In this document: positions 7,577 through 14,826 of the stretch, in pieces
How positions within the stretch are numbered: the first letter of the stretch is position 1
How the letters are laid out: every line of letters begins with the position of its first letter
Virus record (IMG/VR): IMGVR_UViG_2562617076_000004
DNA: 20,000 bases
Source of the DNA: an uncultured virus (IMG/VR IMGVR_UViG_2562617076_000004)
Taxonomy: Duplodnaviria > Heunggongvirae > Uroviricota > Caudoviricetes
Direction: 5' to 3' (one strand)
The notes under the pieces: generated by a model
The model's input: only the letters and a program-made list of their open reading frames with translations
Told to the model about the DNA's origin: nothing
Database searches by the model: none
Translations under genes and position numbers: made by a program

Positions 7577-8174
7577 TCTGTTGCCGCCGGGTTCGTCGCC
7601 GCTTGAGCGCCGACTGGCGCAGACCTGCAGCGGGATTTCCGATCTGCAGGTATCGCTGCGTGATTTGTGGAACCCGGCAACCTGCCAGATCAGATTCCTG
7701 CCTTATCTGGCCTGGGCGTTTTCCGTTGACCGCTGGGATGAAAGCTGGACAGAAAATGTCAAACGCCGTGTGGTGCAGGATGCTTTCTATATCCATCAGC
7801 ATAAAGGAACAACCAGCGCCGTGCGGCGTGTAGTTGAGCCGTTCGGCTTCCTGATCCGCATCATTGAGTGGTGGCAGACCGGCGAAACGCCGGGGACGTT
7901 CCGTCTGGATATTGGCGTACAGGATCATGGTATCACCGAAGACACCTATCTGGAGCTTGAGCGCCTGATAAGCGATGCCAAACCATGCAGCCGCCACATG
8001 ACAGGTATGTCCATTAATATGCAGACCAGCGGCCCTTACTGGGTTGGCGCAGCCAGCTACCTTGGCGAAGAAATCACGGTGTATCCGTATATCAACGAAA
8101 CCATCATTTCCGGCGGCACCGCACATGAAGGCGGGGCAGTCCATGTTATTGACACAATGAGAGTGAACCCATGA
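7569..8174 (+). CDS. I: Tail/baseplate protein gpI
   Basis: MNSLLPPGSSPLER...LWNP.TC...LPYLAWAFSVDRWD..W...KR, HQHKGT, IIEWWQ, AKP.SRH motifs. Confidence 0.93.
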   Translation: MNSLLPPGSSPLERRLAQTCSGISDLQVSLRDLWNPATCQIRFLPYLAWAFSVDRWDESWTENVKRRVVQDAFYIHQHKGTTSAVRRVVEPFGFLIRIIEWWQTGETPGTFRLDIGVQDHGITEDTYLELERLISDAKPCSRHMTGMSINMQTSGPYWVGAASYLGEEITVYPYINETIISGGTAHEGGAVHVIDTMRVNP

Positions 8175-9949
8175 GCGCAAAATTTTATACCCTGCTGACG
8201 GACATCGGCGCGGCGAAACTGGCAAGCGCCACCGCGCTCGGTATCCCGCTGAAAATTACCCATATGGCGGTGGGCGACGGTGGCGGTGTGCTGCCCACAC
8301 CCAGCGCACAACAGACCGCGTTAGTTGCTGAGAGGCGCCGCGCAGCGCTGAATATGTTGTATATCGACCCGCAGAACAACAGCCAGATTATTGCTGAGCA
8401 GGTAATCCCGGAAACTGAGGGCGGGTGGTGGATTCGTGAGGTCGGCCTGTTTGATGAAACCGGTGCGCTGATCGCTGTGGGTAACTGCCCTGAGAGCTAC
8501 AAGCCGCAGCTGACAGAAGGGAGCGGACGTACGCAGACCGTGCGCATGGTACTGATTACCAGCAGCACCGATAACATCACCCTGAAAATTGACCCTGCAG
8601 TAGTGCTGGCAACCCGTAAATATGTAGATGATAAGGCGCTGGAGCTGAAGGTATATGTAGACGACCTGATGGCAAAGCATCTTGCTGCACCGGACCCGCA
8701 TTCACAGTATGCGCAGAAGGACAGTCCGACACTCACAGGGATTCCAAAGGTACCGACGCCAGCGGCGGGTAACAGCACTAAACAGATTGCAAACACGGAA
8801 TTTGTGGCATCGTCTATCGCGGCAATGGTGGATTCTGCGCCTGCAGCACTGGATACGCTGAACGAGCTGGCAGCGGCTCTGGGGAATGACCCGAACTTTG
8901 CCACGACGATGATAAACGCTCTGGCTGGAAAGCAACCGCTGGACAATACACTGACGAATTTAAGCGGAAAAGATATCGCCGGCCTTCTCACATACCTCGG
9001 TTTAGGCGAAACGATAAATCTGGCAAAAAATGCCGTCCCGGCGACACGGCGGGTTAACAGTAAACCACTGACCGGTGATATCACTTTGTGGGCGTCAGAT
9101 GTGGGGGCCATTTCCGCCGATGCTGTTGGAGAAATTACCGATAACGGCACGATGGCATCAGCTAATACACCTGGATGGTGGCGGGTGTCAGTGTCCAACT
9201 CTGACTCAGTTGCTGATTTTCCCACCTATCCGGATGGCAGTAAGCTGTACAGCTATGGATATCTGTTTGTTGAGAAAATCGGGGAAGTCTGGTTTCAGCA
9301 CTATTACGCGCATATGGGCGCGAACGCAAAGCGCCAGGACTGGGGAACTGTACCGAATACCAGCCGCCCGTGGATTGTTGACTACAACACAGCTAATAAG
9401 CCCACAGCAAATGACGTTCAGGCGCTGCCCATTGCCGGAGGACGTCTTAACGGTCCGCTAAGCATTGGTACTGATAATGCGCTGGGCGGCAATTCGATCG
9501 TTCTTGGTGATAATGACACTGGTTTTAAACAGAACGGCGATGGCGTGCTTGATGTTTACTCGAACTACACACATGTATTACGTTTCATCGGTAATCTTGT
9601 GGAGAGCATGGTTTCCCTGAAAGTAAACGGAAACGCTGTAGCTACAGGCGAAGTACAGGCAGGAAATGGCACGTCACGCATGGCTGGTAACGGGGATATT
9701 TTTGGTAATGTCTGGAACGGCTGGCTAAGTACACATCTGAATAATAATCTCGTCGCAGATGTTCAATTAGGGGCTGGCACATCAGTGGCTACCTGGAACA
9801 ATGCAGGTTCCTGGCCTAACACCCCCGGATATGTAGTTACCTCCGTCTGGAAAGATAATCAAGGCGAAAATATTGATGGCATTGCTTATGCGCCTTTGCA
9901 AAAAAGATTAGGTATTCAGTGGTATACCGTACAAGGGGGGACGGCATAA
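8171..9949 (+). CDS. H: Tail fibre gpH: constant N-terminus (aa 1-~275) plus the variable C-terminus in the current orientation
   Basis: P2 gpH N-terminus (GGWWIREVGLFD, VGNCPESYKPQL.EGSGR, LKIDPAVVLATR), the LDTLNELAAALGNDPNFATT motif, and an internal invertase site at 8985-9010. Confidence 0.93.
   Translation: MSAKFYTLLTDIGAAKLASATALGIPLKITHMAVGDGGGVLPTPSAQQTALVAERRRAALNMLYIDPQNNSQIIAEQVIPETEGGWWIREVGLFDETGALIAVGNCPESYKPQLTEGSGRTQTVRMVLITSSTDNITLKIDPAVVLATRKYVDDKALELKVYVDDLMAKHLAAPDPHSQYAQKDSPTLTGIPKVPTPAAGNSTKQIANTEFVASSIAAMVDSAPAALDTLNELAAALGNDPNFATTMINALAGKQPLDNTLTNLSGKDIAGLLTYLGLGETINLAKNAVPATRRVNSKPLTGDITLWASDVGAISADAVGEITDNGTMASANTPGWWRVSVSNSDSVADFPTYPDGSKLYSYGYLFVEKIGEVWFQHYYAHMGANAKRQDWGTVPNTSRPWIVDYNTANKPTANDVQALPIAGGRLNGPLSIGTDNALGGNSIVLGDNDTGFKQNGDGVLDVYSNYTHVLRFIGNLVESMVSLKVNGNAVATGEVQAGNGTSRMAGNGDIFGNVWNGWLSTHLNNNLVADVQLGAGTSVATWNNAGSWPNTPGYVVTSVWKDNQGENIDGIAYAPLQKRLGIQWYTVQGGTA
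8985..9010. other. Left DNA-invertase crossover site (hix/gix-type)
   Basis: TTCTCACATACC-TC-GGTTTAGGCGAA, a 12-2-12 architecture resembling Mu gix and Salmonella hix. Confidence 0.88.
8994..9089 (+). repeat. 96-bp inverted repeat, left copy
   Basis: Exact reverse complement of 11819-11914, compared by eye. Encodes [31 protein letters not shown] in both cassettes. Confidence 0.93.
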
Positions 9950-10536
9950 TGAAAAAATATCAGGACATTAAAAATTTCAGACTTATTGACGCCCCCGTAA
10001 ACAGGGGGAAAACGCAGTCCGAAATAAATATAGGTGCATATTTTCTGGAATCAGAAGACGGGCAGGACTGGTATGAATGTCAGTCATTATTTTCTGATGA
10101 TACCGCAAAAATCATGTACGACCATGAGGGGGTTATCTGGGGGGTTATTAATAAGCCAGTCCCGCAACGTGGAAACACATATGCTGTATCAATGCTGTGG
10201 CCGGTTAATATGTCTGTTGCGGAAATAGACGCTGCTGACTGTCCTGATGATTGCCGTGGTGATGGCTCATGGTTGTACAGAGATGGTAAGGTTTTACCCG
10301 TTCCGGTGGATTATCAGGCTAAGGCCGAAACCACCCGACAGAAACTACTGGATGCCGCTAACAGCGCCATTGCCGACTGGCGAACCGAACTGGCGTTGGG
10401 TGAAATCAGTGACGACGATAAGGCCAGCCTGACTAAATGGATGGCGTATATCAGGGAGCTTAAATCACTGGTTTTAACAGGCATTTCAAACGAGGCCACC
10501 TTTAATAAAATACAGTGGCCTGTATTACCACAATAA
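9949..10536 (+). CDS. Tail fibre assembly chaperone (Tfa) for the currently expressed tip
   Basis: TAATG coupling to H. EDGQDWYECQ motif and a C-terminal Tfa motif (L.LGEISDDDKASL.KW..Y...L...IQWP.LP). Confidence 0.88.
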   Translation: MKKYQDIKNFRLIDAPVNRGKTQSEINIGAYFLESEDGQDWYECQSLFSDDTAKIMYDHEGVIWGVINKPVPQRGNTYAVSMLWPVNMSVAEIDAADCPDDCRGDGSWLYRDGKVLPVPVDYQAKAETTRQKLLDAANSAIADWRTELALGEISDDDKASLTKWMAYIRELKSLVLTGISNEATFNKIQWPVLPQ

Positions 10537-10539
10537 TAA

Positions 10540-11079
10540 TTAATGACTGGCCGGTTTCTCCGGCCAGTCAGGGGCAGATGTATCCACCCGACTGACCAGA
10601 ACGCTGTATTGTTCCCATGCCACCAGTCGCTGCTGCTCCTCATCGGTGACGATACCCAGCTTTACTGCCCGCGCCAGCGGGGTAATAACGGTCTCGGCCT
10701 CTTCGAGCAGTTTTACCTTTTTCGCTTCTACTTGCTGGCGCAGTTCTTCCGGTGTATAAACCCGCCTAATTATCTGCTCACGTTCGCCATCATACATCCA
10801 GCGTCCTGACACATCTGCCCGGCGATTAGCTGTGATATCCGGTAATTCAACAACGCTGCGCCCTTCAGGATTTATTTTCGACGCATCTTTATTGATTGCC
10901 ACAATTATATTACTTTTGTCGTAGGCAACTTTTAGCGTGTCTGCTGCAAAATTTTTCTGTTCCTCATACCAGTTTTTACCTTTTTCATCATACAGCCAAA
11001 CCACACCAAATTTTTTAGTGAGTTGATACTGATCAGGCGTTTTTGGATTACCGGCTACGATATTTTTTAGATGCATCAT
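10540..11079 (-). CDS. Alternative tail fibre assembly chaperone (Tfa'), silent orientation
   Basis: [12 protein letters not shown] motif and C-terminal [38 protein letters not shown]. It follows the alternative fibre tip on the - strand. Confidence 0.88.
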   Translation of the reverse strand: MMHLKNIVAGNPKTPDQYQLTKKFGVVWLYDEKGKNWYEEQKNFAADTLKVAYDKSNIIVAINKDASKINPEGRSVVELPDITANRRADVSGRWMYDGEREQIIRRVYTPEELRQQVEAKKVKLLEEAETVITPLARAVKLGIVTDEEQQRLVAWEQYSVLVSRVDTSAPDWPEKPASH

Positions 11080-11081
11080 AA

Positions 11082-11911
11082 TTAAACACTCGTCACGTTA
11101 TACCACTGGTTGCCAATCAATTTTTGCATTGGACGTCTTCCGAGACCGTCAATAAGCTCATCACCATTGCCGTTAGTTGCCGCTGTCAGTACATAACCAG
11201 GTGTATCACTGAATCCCGGGCCCATCCATGCCTGTCCAGATTCATAACTACCCAGACGGAAATCCTGTACGTATCGGCTGTCAAAATTACCGTAGTCTGT
11301 TGGCGTTAATCGTCCGGTAACATTGATGGATTTTTTACTCTCCAGTGTGTCGTTCTGAAAGCGGAATACCTGAACACCATTAGCATAAATATCCAGTAGA
11401 CCATCGCCGTTTTGTTTTAAGCCGGTATCGTTATCGCCTAATACAATAGAACTACCTCCCAATATATTAGGTGTACCGATACCGAGATTACCGTTAATTA
11501 CGCCACCACTAACAGGTAATGCACCGACATCACCTGCGGATGGTTTTCGTGTTGTGGTATAAAATTCAGTCCAGTCAAGTTCAAAGCCAAAATCGTCGCG
11601 TGCCGAACGGTAGGAAATACCGCCATTCTTGTAATTCACACAAAACTGCACTGCCGGACAACTGCCGATATTCATATTAAAATGCAAAATCAGCTTGGAT
11701 GCACCTCCAGTAGGAACGTTGTAAACACCGCTTTTCCAGTTCCAGCCGACTGATTTGTCATTTTCCAGTGTGTAGTCTCCCGTCATCCCCAGCGCGAATG
11801 CATTCACATCAGCAGCTGACAAAGTGATATCACCGGTCAGTGGTTTACTGTTAACCCGCCGTGTCGCCGGGACGGCATTTTTTGCCAGATTTATCGTTTC
11901 GCCTAAACCGA
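11082..11911 (-). CDS. Alternative tail-fibre C-terminal cassette (H'), lacking its own start until inversion
   Basis: Begins at the right crossover site with the same [12 protein letters not shown]... sequence. Shares a [22 protein letters not shown] block with H. Fuses in frame with 8171-8996 to give a 551-aa fibre. Confidence 0.9.
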
Positions 11912-11914
11912 GGT
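11819..11914 (-). repeat. 96-bp inverted repeat, right copy
   Basis: Reverse complement of 8994-9089. Confidence 0.93.
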
Positions 11915-11923
11915 TTATGAAAA
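11898..11923. other. Right DNA-invertase crossover site (hix/gix-type)
   Basis: TTCGCCTAAACC-GA-GGTTTATGAAAA. The AAACC-GA-GGTTT core is as in Mu gix, and the central dinucleotide is compatible with the left site in inverted orientation. Confidence 0.9.
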
Positions 11924-11977
11924 TGCAGAAAACGGTCGTAAATGGCATGATCCCAGCCTTTTGCGAGGGGGCCTGTT

Positions 11978-12535
11978 GTGCAAATTGGCTATGTACGGGT
12001 GTCAACAAATGACCAGAATACTGATTTACAGCGAAACGCGCTGAATTGCGCAGGATGTGAACTGATTTTTGAAGACAAAATAAGCGGGACCAAATCAGAA
12101 AGGCCCGGATTAAAAAAGTTGCTCAGGACGTTATCAGAAGGGGACACACTAGTTGTATGGAAGCTTGATCGCCTGGGTCGCAGTATGCGTCATCTGGTCG
12201 TTCTGGTAGAGGAGCTACGGGAGCGTGGCATTAATTTCCGCAGTCTTACGGATAGCATAGATACTTCCACACCAATGGGGCGTTTCTTTTTCCATATCAT
12301 GGGCGCACTCGCTGAAATGGAGAGGGAATTAATTGTGGAAAGGACCCGCGCCGGACTTGCCGCTGCGAGGGCGCAAGGGCGAGTCGGTGGCAGGCGTCCA
12401 AAGCTCACTCCGGAGCAATGGGAGCAGGCCGGACGGTTGCTTGCCGCCGGTGAAACTCGTCATCGTGTTGGATTACTTTTTGATGTTAGCATTTCCACTC
12501 TTTACAAGAAATTCCCTGTAAATCAGTCGCGTTGA
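11978..12535 (+). CDS. Serine DNA invertase, Hin/Gin/Pin/Fin family
   Basis: GTG start. GYVRVST.DQN..LQ catalytic Ser motif, LVVWKLDRLGRS, AEMERELI.ERT.AGL.AARA.GR.GGR and a C-terminal HTH. Confidence 0.96.
   Translation: MQIGYVRVSTNDQNTDLQRNALNCAGCELIFEDKISGTKSERPGLKKLLRTLSEGDTLVVWKLDRLGRSMRHLVVLVEELRERGINFRSLTDSIDTSTPMGRFFFHIMGALAEMERELIVERTRAGLAAARAQGRVGGRRPKLTPEQWEQAGRLLAAGETRHRVGLLFDVSISTLYKKFPVNQSR
11997..12062 (+). promoter_or_regulatory. Putative Fis-dependent recombinational enhancer within the 5' end of the invertase gene
   Basis: GGGTGTCAACAAATGACCAGAATACTGATTTACAGCG...TGTGAAC resembles the hin/gin enhancer (recalled, not aligned) and sits at the equivalent position. Confidence 0.6.
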
Positions 12536-12547
12536 AAGTGGCGATAT

Positions 12548-12615
12548 TGTACCAGCACTGACACATCGTGAAATACGTGCGCCGCACGCCTGGCAACCAG
12601 AACATAAGGTATTCC
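12548..12615 (+). promoter_or_regulatory. Ogr-dependent late promoter pF
   Basis: TGT-accagcactgac-ACA (12548-12565) is TGT-N12-ACA, upstream of FI where P2 has pF. Confidence 0.72.
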
Positions 12616-12637
12616 TGTCAACCGGAGAGACTGCCTT

Positions 12638-13810
12638 ATGGCTCAGGATTACCACCACGGGGTGCGCGTTGTTGAAATCAACGAGGGCACCCGACCTATT
12701 ACCACGGTGAGCACTGCCATCGTGGGCATGGTCTGCACCGGCGATGATGCTGATGCGTCCGTGTTCCCCCTCAATAAGCCGGTCCTGCTGACTGATGTGC
12801 TCACCGCCAGCGGTAAAGCGGGGGAGTCCGGCACGCTGGCCCGCTCGCTGGACGCGATTGCAGATCAGGCAAAACCCGTGACTGTCGTTGTGCGTGTGGC
12901 GCAGGGAGAAACCGAAGCGGAAACCACCTCCAATATTATCGGCGGCGTAACTTCCGACGGTAAGAAAACGGGCATGAAAGCGCTACTGTCGGCGCAGTCG
13001 CAGCTCGGTGTCAAGCCGCGCATTCTTGGGGTGCCGGGACATGACACTCAGGCCGTTGCTACTGAACTGCTGGGCGTGGCGCAAAGCTTGCGCGGGTTTG
13101 CCTACCTTGCTGCTAATGGCTGCAAAACGGTGGAGGAAGCTATTGCCTATCGCGAGAATTTCAGTCAGCGCGAGGGAATGCTGATATGGCCTGATTTCAT
13201 CAACTTTGACACCGTGCTGAAAGCAGACGCGACAGCTTACGCCTCCGCCCGTGCGCTCGGCCTGCGTGCCAAAATCGACGAGCAGATCGGCTGGCATAAA
13301 ACCCTGTCCAATGTGGGTGTGAACGGTGTCACCGGCATTTCCGCTGATGTGTTCTGGGATCTGCAGGACCCGGCAACCGATGCGGGACTGCTGAACAAAA
13401 ATGACGTCACCACATTGATCCGCAAAGACGGCTTCCGCTTCTGGGGTTCCCGTTGTCTCAGTGACGATCCGCTGTTTGCCTTTGAGAACTACACCCGCAC
13501 GGCGCAGGTGCTGGCTGACACTATGGCGGAGGCGCACATGTGGGCGGTGGATGGCGTGCTTAATCCGTCGTTGGCCCGCGACATTATTGAAGGACTACGC
13601 GCCAAGATGCGCAGTCTGGTCAACCAGGGATACCTGATTGGTGGTGACTGCTGGCTGGATGAGTCTGTTAACGATAAAGACACCCTTAAAGCCGGGAAAC
13701 TGACCATCGATTATGACTACACGCCGGTGCCTCCGCTTGAAAACCTGATGCTGCGCCAGCGCATCACCGATCGTTACCTGGTCGATTTTGCCAGCCGTGT
13801 CGCTGCATAA
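12638..13810 (+). CDS. FI: Tail sheath protein FI
   Basis: [57 protein letters not shown] motifs. GGAGAG RBS. Confidence 0.96.
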   Translation: MAQDYHHGVRVVEINEGTRPITTVSTAIVGMVCTGDDADASVFPLNKPVLLTDVLTASGKAGESGTLARSLDAIADQAKPVTVVVRVAQGETEAETTSNIIGGVTSDGKKTGMKALLSAQSQLGVKPRILGVPGHDTQAVATELLGVAQSLRGFAYLAANGCKTVEEAIAYRENFSQREGMLIWPDFINFDTVLKADATAYASARALGLRAKIDEQIGWHKTLSNVGVNGVTGISADVFWDLQDPATDAGLLNKNDVTTLIRKDGFRFWGSRCLSDDPLFAFENYTRTAQVLADTMAEAHMWAVDGVLNPSLARDIIEGLRAKMRSLVNQGYLIGGDCWLDESVNDKDTLKAGKLTIDYDYTPVPPLENLMLRQRITDRYLVDFASRVAA

Positions 13811-13819
13811 GGGGGAATC

Positions 13820-14335
13820 ATGGCTTTACCACGCAAGTTAAAACACCTGAACCTGTTCAACGACGGGAACAACTGGCAGGGGATCGTTGAGTCTCTGACC
13901 CTGCCGAAATTTACCCGCAAGTTTGAGAAGTATCGCGGCGGCGGTATGCCGGGCGCAGTGGATGTGGACATGGGGCTGGATGACGGTGCACTGGACACGG
14001 AATTTTCAATCGGCGGTACCGAGCTGCTGTTATTCAAGCAGATGGGCAAGGCAACCGTTGATGGCATCCAACTGCGTTTCACCGGTTCCATTCAGCGTGA
14101 CGATACCGGCGAAGTGCAGGCCGTTGAGCTGGTTGTGCGCGGGCGCCATAAAGAAGTGGATTCCGGCGAGTGGAAAACCGGCGAGAGCAGCAGCACCAAA
14201 GTCAGCAGTACCAATAGCTACGCGAAGCTGACCATTAATGGTGAGGTGCTCTATGAGGTCGATCTGGTCAACATGGTCGAAATCGTTGGCGGCGTGGACC
14301 TGATGGAAGAACACCGTAATGCCCTCGGCCTCTGA
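13820..14335 (+). CDS. FII: Major tail tube protein FII
   Basis: MALPRKLK..NLFNDG, LPK.TRK.E.YRGGGM.G, C-terminal GVD....HR.ALGL. Confidence 0.96.
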   Translation: MALPRKLKHLNLFNDGNNWQGIVESLTLPKFTRKFEKYRGGGMPGAVDVDMGLDDGALDTEFSIGGTELLLFKQMGKATVDGIQLRFTGSIQRDDTGEVQAVELVVRGRHKEVDSGEWKTGESSSTKVSSTNSYAKLTINGEVLYEVDLVNMVEIVGGVDLMEEHRNALGL

Positions 14336-14346
14336 TTAACCTTAAC

Positions 14347-14372
14347 GGCGCGGGCAGCCGCGCCAGTATTTC
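14347..14372 (+). terminator. GC hairpin between FII and E (weak terminator or mRNA-stabilising element)
   Basis: GGCGCGG-gcag-CCGCGCC (14347-14364) followed by AGTATTTC, an imperfect U-tract. Confidence 0.55.
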
Positions 14373-14389
14373 ATTAACAGGATACGAAC

Positions 14390-14692
14390 ATGAGCGACAA
14401 GCTGACTGAAAAGACCGTAAAACTGGATACTCCCATCATGCGCGGTAAAGCTGAAATTACCGAAATTGTGCTACGTAAGCCTCAGTCCGGCGCACTGCGT
14501 GGCACACGCCTGCAGGCCATTATGGATATGGACGTGGGGGCTATGATGACAGTGATCCCGCGTATTTCCACCCCGACGCTGACCGCGCAGGAAATGGCAG
14601 AGCTGGACCCCGCCGATCTCACCGCGCTGTCGGTAGAGGTGGTGACTTTTTTGTTGAAGAAGTCGGTGCTTGCCGGTTTACCGACAGCCTGA
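14390..14692 (+). CDS. E: Tail assembly chaperone gpE
   Basis: LDTPIMRG..EITEI.LRKPQSGALRG...LDPADL, located between tube and tape measure. Confidence 0.93.
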   Translation: MSDKLTEKTVKLDTPIMRGKAEITEIVLRKPQSGALRGTRLQAIMDMDVGAMMTVIPRISTPTLTAQEMAELDPADLTALSVEVVTFLLKKSVLAGLPTA

Positions 14693-14826
14693 CGATTGAT
14701 GATCTTGTGGCGGATATCGCCACCATCTTTCACTGGTCGCCATCCATCACTGACGTTATGCCGCTGACTGAGGTGCTGGCGTGGCGGTATAAGGCAATTC
14801 AGCGAAGCGGGGCCAGCGATGAGTGA
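14390..14826 (+). CDS. E': gpE+E' fusion chaperone made by programmed -1 frameshift (~145 aa)
   Basis: Slippery TTTTTTG at 14647-14653. The -1 frame is open to TGA 14824-14826 and encodes ...DDLVADIATIFHWSPS...VLAWRYKAIQRSGASDE. Confidence 0.88.

Larger units (their letters stand above)
8997..11911. mobile_element. Invertible tail-fibre segment (~2.9 kb), analogous to Mu G, P1 C and the Fels-2 invertible segment
   Basis: Bounded by inverted crossover sites, contains two opposed fibre-tip + chaperone pairs, and is adjacent to a serine invertase. Confidence 0.92.

Noticed and set aside
11912..12008. N-terminal extension (MLTPVHSQ...FCIFIN) of the 308-aa - strand ORF 11082..12008
   Set aside because: It lies outside the right crossover site and overlaps the invertase start region. 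It is a chance open frame; the fibre-like sequence begins at the crossover (LGLGETINL).
10537..12637. Possible sopE or fun(Z)-type moron between the tail fibre genes and FI
   Set aside because: The interval is fully accounted for by the inverted cassette, the invertase and pF. No effector-like ORF is present.
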